This document shows positions 52,708-64,000 of a stretch of DNA of 64,000 bases, one piece after another. A program made the translations under genes and the position numbers. The notes under the pieces are model-generated. The model was not told the DNA's origin and did not search any database. It saw only the letters and a program-made list of their open reading frames with translations. The stretch is from Octopus vulgaris. Lineage: Eukaryota. How positions within the stretch are numbered: position 1 is the first letter of the stretch; the number at the start of each line of letters is the position of its first letter. The DNA is taken from contig OX597822.1 of the NCBI GenBank assembly GCA_951406725.2, forward strand, positions 63,612,001 to 63,676,000. The letters run 5' to 3'.

Positions 52708-53117
52708 AAGGAGTGGCTGTGTGGTAAGTAGCTTGCTTACCAACCACATGGTCCTGAGTTCAGTTCCACTGCGTGGCACCTTGGGCAACTGTCTTCTACT
52801 ATAGCCTCGGGTCAACTAAAGCCTTGTGAGTGAATTTAGTTTACGGAAACTGAAAAAAGTCTGTTGTATATATGTGTGTGTGTATGTGTGTGTGTGCGTG
52901 AGTGTGTGTGAGCGTGCATGTGTGTGTTTGTCCCCCCACCATTGCTTGACAACTGATGCTGGTGTGTTTACGTCCCTGTAACATTAGCAGTTCAGCAAAA
53001 GAGACCAATAGAATAAGTATTAGGCTTACAAAGAATAAGTGCTGGGGTCAGTTTGCTCGACTAAAGGCGGTGCTCCAGCATGGTCGCAGTCAAAATGACC
53101 GAAACAAGTAAAAGAAT
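52708..53117 (+). mobile_element. SINE family A
   Basis: Direct near full-length match. Confidence 0.9.
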
Positions 53118-53924
53118 GTAAAACCTAATGATAATTTTGAAACCACATCAAATACTTTCTACGCTACACAATGAGCCAAGAATGGATCTACTACATGGTT
53201 ACTTGACCAGCTAGAAATAGCAGTCAAATCTCTTTTGAATTATGTTCCCACCTCTTACGAAAGAGAAAGAAACAATAGATAAGGGAGTCTTAGTTAATAA
53301 TTAAAAGGCATGATGGTCATAGCTGGAATGCTTTTCATCATTAAGGCTGGGATGACCTGAGCTTCAGCAACAACTGTTACATTCCATGTGTAATTTCATT
53401 ATAATGCTTTGCACTTTTGTAAACCTTTAAACATCTGTTGGACCTATACAAACTCTAGTGAATACCATACTTAGGCTCAGCTCACAAAATCTGGGGCAGA
53501 ACAGCTGCTACATGATCAAAAATTCTAGACCATTTCCAAAAAAGGGCCTCTGGCTGATTGTTATATCTTCACTTTCTGCCACAGTGCAAGCCCTAGCACG
53601 CTGATGCTCTGTGTCACCACCCCACAACATATGTTCTCTTGTATTAATATTCTTTCTTTTCTTTTATTCTTTTACTTGTTTCAGTCTTTTGACTGCGGCC
53701 ATGCTGGAGCACCACCTTTAGTCGAATCAAATCGATCCCAAGACTTATTCTTTGTAAGCCTAATGCTTATTCTATTGGTCTCTTTTGCCGAACTGCTAAG
53801 TTACGGGGGCGTAAACATACCAGCATCAGTTGTCAAGCAATGTTGGGGGAAACAGAACACAAATACACAACATATACACACACATACATATATATATATA
53901 TATGTATATACATATATATATATA

Positions 53925-54417
53925 TATATTAATCAAAATAAAAACATGATGCCAATGATTCAGCGGCACATATGATTCGGGCCTTCATTAGACAGTTTTA
54001 TAACAATGCAAAATGTGTGTCTATGGCCTTCTTCAGCCACGTACAATTACTACTTCAAGGACATGTATTACATTATAAGTTTTACGTTGGGGATGCAAAT
54101 CCTCATAGTCGCGTACGACAGAGTGGGGCACCAACACAAAAATGAAGCGTCCATCCCGTCTTTCACATCGAAAGAGTGAAAGACGGGATGGACACTTCGC
54201 TTTTGAGTTGGTGCCCCACTCTGTCGTACGCGACTATGAGGATTTGCATCCCCAACGTAAAACTTATAATGTAATACATGTCCTTGAAGTAGTAATTGTA
54301 CGCAGCTGAAGAAGGCCATAGACACACATTATGCATTGTTATAAAACCGTCTAATAAAGGCCAGAAACATATGTACCGCTGAATCCTTGGCATCATGTTT
54401 TTATTTTGATTAATATA
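53925..54417. mobile_element. Long near-perfect palindrome (~240-bp arms, GAAA-capped loop) with hammerhead motifs; Penelope-like inverted pLTR inserted in the (TA)n of a SINE
   Basis: 53925-54166 is the reverse complement of 54176-54417 with scattered mismatches; loop atcgaaaga; flanked by (TA)n tracts inside the SINE at 53655-54678. Confidence 0.85.
54302..54379 (+). ncRNA. Minimal type-I hammerhead ribozyme motif (mirror copy at 53963-54040, minus strand)
   Basis: GCAG-CTGAAGA-AGGCCATAGAC...GTCTAATAAAGGCC-A-GAAA-C-ATAT-G-TA-CCGC. The two-arm consensus for stem I is GCGG/CCGC; palindromic stem III CATATG is typical of Penelope hammerheads. Confidence 0.65.
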
Positions 54418-55265
54418 CTCTATCACCTACACCACTAAATGGTATATACAGGTGCTTACAATTATCAAGTATTCACCCTGAATTTTTATATATATATATA
54501 TACACACATATATACGACGGGCTTCTTTCAGTTTCCATCTATCAAATCCACTCACAAGGCTTTGGTCAGCCCAAGGCTATAGTAGAAGGCACTTGCCCAA
54601 GATGCCACGCAGTGGGACTGAACCCAGAACCATGTGGTTGATAAGCAAGTTTGTTACCACACAGCCACTCCTGTGCCTGATATGATAATAATTCCTTCAC
54701 TTCAGATCTAACAATCTCTGTACTGTCCTTCCATTTCCACTCCACCACCTCTTCTACTCATCTCTGCTGCCTGTTAATTCCTTGAATTTGTGTCGGATTC
54801 TCACTCTGCTATCTGAGATCATATCTCATCAAGGTCAAGTTTGCCTTTCATCCCTCCGGGATCTAGAAACAAGTCCTTCTCTCAAAATTTTTGTGTCTAT
54901 AGTAGAAAGAATTTTTGTTATTGTTGTAATTAGAAAAATTTGATATGAGCAGTGAAAGTCTTTAACCAGTCCTGTCTGTCTAACTTTTGTTGTCTTTCTC
55001 TTTGCATCACCATAATTCCGTTTCACATTTTATCATGGTCACTCCTACATTTCAGTTCTGTAATGCTTCTTGATATCATCTTCCTTCCTCTCTCATTCAT
55101 TCTTCTCTGCACCTTTTTTTCTCTTTCCTCTTCCTTTGCGGGGTGTTCCTGTTAGGTCTTCCTCTCTGCAGCATCCTTGAACCAGGGTGAAAGATAAAAT
55201 CTTTCTCTGTTTCTTGGCTGTTTTTATCTTTTCTTCTTCGGCACACTCCCTCCATCACACCTTAC

Positions 55266-55272
55266 CTCCTAT
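55266..55272 (-). CDS. Candidate 7-nt microexon (ATAGGAG; I-G-phase 1) of the same gene
   Basis: Minus strand reads ttattttcttcag|ATAGGAG|gtaagg, with a near-consensus acceptor and donor 7 nt apart. Phase joins the 62944-63000 exon to the 48910 exon. Confidence 0.45.
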
Positions 55273-55909
55273 CTGAAGAAAATAACCCCCACCCCACACC
55301 CAAACAATCAAAAAATATAACAGCTGTTCTTAGATGATCATGATAATGGTAACGCTGCTGCTGTTGTTCCTGATGATGATGATGATGATGATTTAACTGC
55401 ATCACTTATCTCAAAATTTATTTTGAGAAAAAATTAACTTTAGTCATGAACCAGCAGGAAGGAGTCACAGTGATTGCATGGTTCCTTTATTAGATCAAGT
55501 TTGTATTTTTCTCAGTCTCACCATAGGTTGGGCGGGTGTACAGTATAATACATTACTGCATCTCTTGTTTTATATCAGCCCAGCCCAGTGGCGTAGCTAG
55601 GGTGTGTGTTGCCATGGGTACCCGTTGAATTTGTTACCCCACCCCCAACTTGTGGGCACTAGTCTCTACAGACTTATACACCAGCCCCAAAAAGCGTTGC
55701 CCCCACAAAAGAATTTCTCAGTGTGGATTGCCCCCTGCTCCTTATTTACCCCACTGCTCCAACATCATCATAGATTCTTCATCAGGGACATTCTCAGATT
55801 GGACTTTACCATTTCTTTCAATGTGTTCCTTGCACTGGATCTACCATTAAAACTTTCCTCTGTCGGAGCAACCTGTGGCCCCACGGGACCTTCCGAAACA
55901 AGTAAAAGT

Positions 55910-55911
55910 TG

Positions 55912-55950
<39 letters not shown>

Positions 55951-55991
55951 ATGTGTATATCTGTGTGTATATATATATATGTATGTATATA

Positions 55992-56090
<99 letters not shown>

Positions 56091-56288
56091 GTATGTATAT
56101 ATATGTATATGTATGTATATATATGTATATGTATATATATATGTATATGTATGTATATATATGTATATGTATGTATATATATATATGTATGTATATATAT
56201 ATATGTATGTATATATATGTATATGTATGTATATATATATGTATGTATGTATATATATATGTATGTATATATATATATGTATGCATGT

Positions 56289-56319
<31 letters not shown>

Positions 56320-56471
56320 CATGTATATATACATGTATGTATGTATATATGTATGTATATGTATGTATATATGTATGTATATGTATGTATATATGTATGT
56401 ATATGTATGTATATATGTATGCATGTATATATACATGTATGTATGTATATATGTATGTGTATATATATATA

Positions 56472-56502
<31 letters not shown>

Positions 56503-56550
56503 ATGTATATGTGTATATATATATATATGTATGTATGTGTGTATATGTTT
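55910..56550. repeat. (TA)n/(TATG)n compound microsatellite (expanded SINE-A middle)
   Basis: Direct reading; continues into a SINE-A 3' half at 56555-56785. Confidence 0.9.
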
Positions 56551-57068
56551 ATGCGTGGCTTTGTGTCCGTGTTCGTACATTCCTTCACCATCGCTTGACA
56601 ACCGATATGGGTGAGTTTACGTCGCCATACACAAGCGGTTCGGCAAAAAGAGGCCAATAGTATAAGTACCAGGTTTACAAAGAATAAGCCCCGGGGGTCG
56701 ATTTCTTCAACTAAAAAGAACCCTTTAAGGCAGTGCTCCAGCATGGCTGTAGTTAGATGACCGAAACAAGTAAAAGGAAAAAAAGAATATACATCAGCAC
56801 AGACATGGTTGTATGGTTAAGGAATTAGCTTTGTAGTCATGTGGTCTTAGGTTCATTCCCGTTGTAGGACATCTCAAGCAAATGTTTTCTCTAAGTAGTA
56901 TTTTTATGCATAGCCGCGTTTTTTTTTAACGTGTAAAAAAAGGTAAAGGTCAGCAACAGGAAAATACTGCCAGAAATAAGTATCCACCCAACCTATGCCG
57001 ACATAAAAAAAATGACGTAAAACAAATTAATGTAAGAGCGAACGAATTCATATTGGTGCAAATATTTC

Positions 57069-57475
57069 GGATCTTTTCGGTTTGGACGGCAGTTTTTTCT
57101 AGCGGTGTCATATGAAATTGTCACCCATAATTATGACCCTAGAATCGATCTATTGCATTTCAATCTCTTTTAGGGTTAGGGGTGGGGGAAGGGTATCTTT
57201 TTTTCTTCACAAATGTAAATAAACCCAATCTGTTTCTTAAACGAAGGACATATTCATACGGCACAGAATGTTTTTTACATCAATAGACGGCAGTGATTGG
57301 TTGAAATTGCAGAAATTGAAGAAAAAAAACAAATATCTTACAAACCATAGAATTTTCTCAATAAAGCCAAGGGAAAAAGATGTTTTATAAACACATTCTA
57401 CCAGTAAACGAAGTTTAAAATTTTTTAGTTACCTAGAAAATATTTTAAAAACTGCCGTTCAAACCGAAAAGAGCC
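57069..57475. mobile_element. Young MITE with 28-bp TIRs and 8-bp TSD (Merlin-like)
   Basis: TIR ggatcttttcggtttggacggcagtttt versus ggctcttttcggtttgaacggcagtttt (2 mismatches); perfect TSD aatatttc on both sides; GG termini. Confidence 0.85.
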
Positions 57476-57683
57476 AATATTTCTTCTGTACACACCGGTT
57501 AATATAAATGACACAAGGCCATTTTTTAATAATCTGCCCGTAGTTGTTTCCTCAGAAAATAATGAGTGGCTTTCGCATTCTTATACAAGCTGAAACTGCA
57601 TCTTATCCTACCTGTATTGCACTAAGTTTGCAACGGTTCTTTCTAAAGCGGTTTACTAATATATTCGTGGCGTTCAACGATTG

Positions 57684-57900
57684 CGGAGGCGCGTGGCCTA
57701 GCGTTGAGGACTGTTGGACACATGATCGTAAGATTGTGGTTTCGATTCCTGGACCGGGCGACGCATTGTGTTCTTGAGCAAAACACTTCATTTCACGTTG
57801 CTCCAGTCCACTCAGCTGGCGAAAATGAGTAATCCTGCGATGGACCGGCGTCCCGTCCAGCTGGAGAATTTATACGCCACTGAAACCGGAAAACATGACT
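57684..57900 (+). mobile_element. tRNA-derived SINE, family C (CORE-like plus cctgcgatggac..gtcccgtccag domain)
   Basis: A/B boxes tggcctagcg / gtttcgattcc; tgtgttcttgagcaaaacactt. Related copies at 6253-6523, 23700-23875, 45010-45322, 50240-50443 and 52115-52368, all on the minus strand. Confidence 0.8.
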
Positions 57901-58379
57901 CTTGAAGGTAACTTTCTACCTTTTCTAGACGTTCACGATTCTCTTTTTATTATTTACCCATTTTAAGAGACTTACAATTTCTACTCTAGGCACAAGGCCA
58001 GAAATTTTTGGGAAGGGGGGGGCAGTCGATTAGATCGACCCCAGTACGCAACTGGTACTTAATTTATCAACCCCGAAAGGATGAAAGGCAGTCAGCCCCG
58101 GCGGAATTTGAACTCAGAACGTAATAATTCTCTCGTTACTAACACTTTCTTTATTCCTTCTTGTGACCGTTGGCTACATCGTTGCTATATAAATGATTGG
58201 GGCAACGGGTAACTAACTTGTTTTTGTATACCTTTGAATAACTAAACCAAGGATTTATTTCTATAGACAGTAGTCGATGGATTTTAATCACAACCAAGCA
58301 ATAGCCTGACACCTTACACTGAAGTGTTGAGCTACCTCACATAGTTTTATGATGTTCGGTATTTAGGAGGAATGCGTTT

Positions 58380-58850
58380 TTAAAATCCGCTATGAAGTCC
58401 ACTCAGTGCAATATGGAAAGACTGCACCCTCAGTTGAAGCGTCTGACTAAAACTTCTAAAACCCCTGGTCTGGTTGGTTATTAGCGTTGTATAGGCGCAA
58501 AATGTGATCGAGGGTGTTCGAGATGTGCTACAGGTGAGACCTGCGGACAGTTTGGGTAGCCCGTGGAACGAACGATGGAGACGGGATCGGATTGAAAGCT
58601 GGTGATGATGGTTAAATGGCAAAAACTGCATTAGCTACGTTCTCAGAGCCTAGAAGCGCTGTTGCTTGCATCCTCAAGTGCTCGGTGGATGGAAAATGAG
58701 TTCGCGGGAGACGAAGATGAAGATGGAGCGATGACATCAAGAAATGGACAAAGGGGATTCTGGCAGGATGTACGGCTGCAACACGAGATCCCAGCTTTTG
58801 ACGAGGAGTGGTGGTTGATCTGAGGCCCCTGGCTCTCACGCATGAAGATG
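58380..58850 (+). mobile_element. Decayed RTE/BovB-like LINE 3' fragment
   Basis: LSAIWKD...LKLLKPLVW...RVFEMCYR...DGK*VRGRRR*RWSDDIKKWT...AATRDPSF*RGVV. Confidence 0.75.
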
Positions 58851-59840
58851 GGAATATTCATTCATGTTTTTAGTATTTGTATACTTTCAATATTTGCACT
58901 CTATAACTGCGGTCTCAGACTAAGGCCGACAGCCATAAAGATTGATAGCTAACAAACTGGAATAAGTTATTTTGCCGTAAGGGAGAAGGTAAGTAACGTT
59001 TTAAACAGAATCTTCTCTGCCCGATATGTTGGACGTCTCTTCTTCCCTACAGCAAAATAATTAATTCATTCTAGTTGGTAATTAAATTTTTTTTTGCACT
59101 TAGTATTTGCTACTGTAGTCCATCACAGGTTTCATCGAGTACCAACTGTTTTACTGTTATAAAAACTGCTGTTTGTTTAAACCCAGCATACTCAATCTTA
59201 TTTCTTTGCCACTGCTTTCAAATCATGAGGAAGACACGAGTCAGGAGATTTTCTCGGATTCTACTGTTTTACTGTCATAAAGATATATTTGTTTAAACTA
59301 AGCATACTCAGTCTTATAATAAAAGACACGAGCCAAAACATTCTCTGTATGGTAATTCGACCTGCTAGAAATAGCAACTGGGTTTCCTTCAGATTACACC
59401 CAGTGGATATGTATGAACTCCTTGATATTACTATTACTATTAATCGCTATTACGAGTGAATTTTCTGTATAGTAATTCGACCTTTCAAAAATAACTGCTG
59501 AGTACCTTTTGGATTTATATCCAAAGCATATAATATTCTTTTGGTTGGTGGGGCTCTTTGATCACAATTATGGTTGATAACACAATTACATCATGCACGC
59601 ATGTCCGTATGGTTAAGAGGTTCGGTTCGTAACCATGAAGTTTTGTATTCAATACTAACATGCAGCACCGTGGTCACGCTGCCTCTCTTACGGCAAAATA
59701 ATTTATTTCAGTTTGTTCTATCAATCTTGAGCAAGTGTTTTTTATTACCTTCAGGCCCAAGCAATGCCCTGTGAGTGAATTTGTTTGACGAAAATTGTGC
59801 GGAAAATCGTCGTATTTGCATGTAATATACGTATATCTTA

Positions 59841-60232
59841 AGGTGGCGAGCTGGCAGAAACGTTAGCAAGCCGGGCGAAATGCTTAGCGGTATTTCGTCC
59901 GTCGCTGCGTTCTGAGTTCAAATTCCGCCGAGGTCGACTTTACCTTTCATCCTTTCGGGGTCGATAAATTAAGTGCCAGTTACGCACTGGGGTCGATGTA
60001 ATCGACTTAATCCGTTTGTCTGACCTCGCTGTGTTTAGCCCCTTGTGGGTAGTAAAGAAATAGGTATTTCGTCTGCCGTTACGTTCTGTGTTCAAATTCC
60101 GCCGAGGTCGACTTTGCCTTTCATCCTTTCGGGGTTAATAATTAAGTACGAGTTGCATACTGGGTCGATCTAATCGACTGGCTCCCCCTTCCCACAAAAT
60201 TTCGGGCCTTGTGCCTAGAATAGAAAAGAATA
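59841..60232 (+). mobile_element. SINE family B dimer with a variant second tail
   Basis: Same internal junction at ~60062; TSD acgtatatcttaa on both sides. Confidence 0.9.
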
Positions 60233-60577
60233 AACGTATATCTTAAAGTAGGTTTTGGCCATTAATGACCTAGGCCATGCTTAACGTAATATCATCGTAT
60301 TATGTTATCTCTTCTGTATTTAATCTTTCAAATTCTTACTCTGAAGAAAGAGCTGGTTTCTAACAAAGATACAAAGCTTTATCTTAGGGGTGTAGGTAAC
60401 GAAAACAAGGTCACATTTTAAACCGGAGAAAAGCCTTGCATAGTTTTACTCTTCCGCTTTAAGATTGTATTAGTAATGAACGAATCAGTTGGTTGATTTT
60501 CTTTTTCTGAAAATCCAAGCTTATCCAGACTGACAGTTAAGCATTTACTTACAAAACCAAGTGCTCCAGTTTTTATT

Positions 60578-60620
<43 letters not shown>

Positions 60621-60924
60621 ATGCACGCATGCCTGTGTGTGTGTGCATGCACGCATGCCTGTGTGCGCGTGGGTATTTATCTCACAGCTTGGTATCCAGT
60701 GTAGATTTGCTACATTCCCATCACTTAGCAATTCGACAAAAGAGGAACAGGCTGAGCAAGTACCAGGCTTAAATGGAGTACTGAAATTTATTTAATCGGC
60801 TAGAAATTCGTATCCAGGCCGTGCTCCAGCATGATCGCCATCCAGTGACATACAAACAAAAGAATAAGGATATTTCCTTAATACCACTGGTACTTTAAAT
60901 GTCGATGTTGTTGATTAATAGAAA

Positions 60925-61523
60925 CGGCAAGATGGCAAAAGCGTTAGCACGCCGGGCGAAATACTTTAGCGGTATTTCGTCCGCCGCTGCGTTGAGTTCA
61001 AATTCCGCCGAGGTCGACTTTGCCTTTCATCTTTTCGGGGTCGATTAAATAAGTACCAGTTACGCACTGGGATCGATATGATCGACTTAATCCGTTTGTC
61101 TGTCCTTGTTTGTCCTCTCTGTGTATAGCCCCTTGTGGGTAGTAAAGAAATAGGTATTTCGTCTGCCGCTACGTTCTGAGTTCAAATTCCGCCGAGGTTG
61201 ACTTTGCCTTTCATCCTTTCGGGGTCGATAAATTAAGTACCAGTTATGCACTGGGGTCGATATAATCAACTTAATCCGTGTGTCTGTCCTTGTTTGTCCC
61301 CTCTGTGTTTACCCCCTTGTGGGTAGTAAAGAAATAGGTATTTCGTCTGCCGTTACGCTCTGAGTTCAAATTCCGCCGAGGTCGACTTTGCCTTTCATCC
61401 TTCCGGCGTCGATTAAATAAGTACCAGTTACGCACTAGTGTCGATCTAATCGACTTAATCCGTTTGTCTGTCCTTGTTTGTTCCCTCTATGTTTAGCCCC
61501 TTGTAACCAACAAAGAAATAAGA
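60925..61523 (+). mobile_element. Nin/Deu-domain SINE, family B, head-to-tail trimer
   Basis: B-box-like gagttcaaattcc; Nin-like gcctttcatcctttcggggtcgataaattaagtaccag; units restart at ggtatttcg at 60971, 61153 and 61337. Confidence 0.9.
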
Positions 61524-62943
61524 AACCCAGAAGTTGATAAATAAAACAAATCCAGAGTAATTTTACTTCGAGAATAGCTACGAAATGTCCCTTTCTCAAC
61601 TTGATTTCTGCCACGCCAGGAAATTTGCTCCCTAATTAGTCTAGGAAGGAGCCAGCTTGCTTTGCTCCAGCTCAGTCAGGCAAATAGTTTTTTTTTTTTT
61701 AAATTCAATCCCTGATAGCTGTGTCATATTGATGGCGGGTTTATATGTAGAAGTAGAGAAATATGTCAGCGAGACTAAACTAATGATTTACTCCACTAGG
61801 TCATCCAGCTAAATTTTTTTTCTTTTCTTTTTGTGTTTTCTCTTAAAACATTAATTTATTTTTTGCTGTTTCATTCTCTTCTTGCTTTCTCTGTGTTCTC
61901 TTCCCTCTCCAGAAACTTTTTAATTGAAAATTTGTTTCTCGCTGTCGTAATAAACCTGTCATTATTTCTTTCTATATTGTCGCTATTATTCAGACCTACG
62001 TAAAGCGACGAGCTTGGCTAAATCGTTAGCATGCCAAACAAAAATGCCCAGTGGCATTTCTTCCGGTTCTTTTCGTTCTGAGTTCAAATTCCTCCGAGGT
62101 CCACTTTGCCTTGCACCTGTTCGGGGTCGATAAAATATGTATCCTTTCTACTCTTGGCACAAAGTCCGAAATTTTTGGAGAGTGGGGAGGCAGTCAATTG
62201 GATCTGGTACTTAATTTATCGACCCCGAAAGGATGAAAGGCAAAGTCGACCTCGGCGGGATTTGAACTCAGAACGTAGCGGCAGATGAAATACGGCTACG
62301 CATTTCGCCCAGCGTACTAACTTTTCTTATTTCTTTACTGCCTACAGGGGGCGGAAACACACCAGCATTGGTTGTCAAGCGATGTTGGGGGGACAACCAC
62401 AAACATACACATATATACACGGCGGGCTTCTTTCAGTTTCCATCTACCAAATCCACTCACAAGGCTTTGGTCGGTCCGAGGCTATAGTAGAAGACACTTG
62501 CCCAAGGTGCCACGCAGTGGGACTGAACCTGGTTTGTAAGCAAGCTGTGGATCTTGTTAAATTTCTTCCCTCGGCATACAAAACTACAAAAATAATCTAG
62601 TTTAAATTTGAAATACTTGTAGTGGTCACAAGAAATCTAAGAAGATCCCAAATGTGTTCGTCCCCACTTTTTTTAAAGATAGTGGTAATGTGATTTGAGG
62701 GAGATGTGGTATTATATCTAGCAAATCAAGTGAGCGTGTAGAGGGAGACAATGGTGGCTCTCATATAATGTCGATATGGAAACCAACAGCCGTTTAAATT
62801 CTGTCACCATAACACCAGAAGTATATTCGTTTCATGCTTTGGATCTTCCTAATAAAGGGAAGCCTGGTTGCCTTTGACATGTTCCATTTTACTACTACAT
62901 TTTCCCCGATAATTAAATACAAACGCTATCTTCCAACGCCCAC

Positions 62944-63000
62944 CTCCTCCTGCTTCCAAAATCGGTCCCATGCCGCCGGGAACCCTCTCTTCCCCTCAGC
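62944..63000 (-). CDS. Candidate internal coding exon (57 nt, phase 0-0) of an unidentified minus-strand gene: AEGKRGFPAAWDRFWKQEE
   Basis: Minus strand reads tcttcttttattcacccacctccag|GCTGAG...GAGGAG|gtgggc. Strong polypyrimidine tract, GC/CpG-rich unique sequence, open protein-like frame. Protein family not recognised. Confidence 0.6.
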
Positions 63001-63719
63001 CTGGAGGTGGGTGAATAAAAGAAGATTCGCAGTCCACAAATCAACTTGCTATTTGCTTCAAGAAAGAAGAAACTTCGGTGAAAAAGAAAAAAAGAAAGAA
63101 AAACAGTTCATTTGTGAAAGATGATTAAAAAAAAAATTTTGTATGTCTGTCTTCCATATGAACACGATTGGTACATTCTTCTCATATTGTATGGTATTCT
63201 TCGAATTTTATCACTGAAACTCCATTCGCTGAGTTAGCTGGGTAACACTACTTCCTCGTTTAGCAATCGTTTTTATTTTGTCATACTCCAGTAATAACAA
63301 AAATAAATAACGATTCCGATTGTATGTTTAAACTTTCTGTTCGCTGAAAAGCGTAATGTGACCTGGAGGAAGTGAAGGAAAAATAGCCAACATAAACGAA
63401 AACTTAAGAGAAGTAGCGGGGAGAGGAGGGAAAGAGAGACTGAGAGAGAAAGTGGAGGCGGGGGCAGAATCTAGTGAAATTATGTGGCACCAACGAATTT
63501 ACAGAGAGGAACTTCCTACGTGGTCGCTCGACCAGACAGAAATAGCTACAAAACCTCCCTCAAATAACTCTATTGTCTTAAAAATCACCAATTCTTTCTT
63601 TTCACCAATAGGCGTATTGTGACCTAGAGGAATTGCAAAAAATAAAAGCTTACACAGAGAAAACTTAGAGAGAGTGCGGGAGATAATGAGCGAAATTCTG
63701 AGGCATCAACGAATTTAAA

Positions 63720-63945
63720 GAGAGGGAAGGGTATTTGCGTAGTCGTTCGGCATGCTAGAAATAGCTACCAAATCTCTCACAAAGCACACCGTATTGTCTT
63801 TAAAAAAAATAAATATAGTATACATAGAATGATGTAGTCCTAGACATATTGTTTCTGATAACAATCCGTCGTTGTCACAACTGGAAAATTTTTGATCATA
63901 GGGTCTGCTCTGCTCAACTAGGGCCTGACCGCTGGATTAAACAAA
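63720..63945 (+). mobile_element. Unclassified interspersed repeat, family E (also ~7400-8050, 10145-10360, 13370-13700, 53195-53375, 59345-59400, 63505-63580)
   Basis: Recurring tgctagaaatagc..ccaaatct..c.caaa.cacacc ... ctggaa...tttgatcatagg.ctgct...ggctaaacaac. Confidence 0.7.
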
Positions 63946-64000
63946 TTCCAGTCTTTTATGATGTGGCGGTATTTCAGCGGATCTTTTTCCTTTTGATGGA

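Larger units (their letters stand above)
53655..54678 (-). mobile_element. SINE family A split by the 54-kb palindrome
   Basis: Tail half 53655-53900 and head half 54500-54678 flank the insert. Confidence 0.85.

Noticed and set aside
55604-56744. Long ORFs of 229-336 aa on both strands
   Set aside because: They are translations of a stop-free (TA)/(TATG) microsatellite (YIYM/HTYI repeats), not genes.
57170-57188. TTAGGG repeats suggesting an interstitial telomere
   Set aside because: Only two units, internal to the MITE.
62913-63006. Plus-strand Pro-rich frame (QRPPPPASKIGPMPPG) ending at gag|gtgggt
   Set aside because: An in-frame stop lies just upstream with no acceptor in between; the minus-strand exon model has better splice signals.

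Overview
AT-rich, microsatellite-dense eukaryotic genomic DNA. The SINE repertoire (CORE-domain and Nin/Deu-domain tRNA-SINEs, RTE-related SINEs) looks like an octopus or other coleoid cephalopod genome; this is an inference from family resemblance, not a database hit. Most of the window is intronic or intergenic: dozens of SINE copies, decayed RTE, CR1-like, Tx1-like and R4/Dong LINE pieces, and MITEs (piggyBac, hAT, Merlin-like, Tc2-like, Helentron-like), often nested. Almost all ORFs in the supplied track are microsatellite or SINE artefacts. Highlights: (1) three different long palindromes beside (TA)n tracts whose arms carry type-I hammerhead-ribozyme motifs (Penelope pLTR/retrozyme-like); (2) a candidate minus-strand gene 3' end with exons of 57 nt, 7 nt and a terminal exon, giving ...AEGKRGFPAAWDRFWKQEE-IG-DYPYFLVS* and possible alternative C-termini; (3) a Tx1-like LINE found only inside (ATCT/GTCT)n arrays; (4) a Nin-domain SINE forming head-to-tail multimers with one recurring junction and inserting at AGAA sites. 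All calls were made by eye; coordinates of diverged repeats are approximate.
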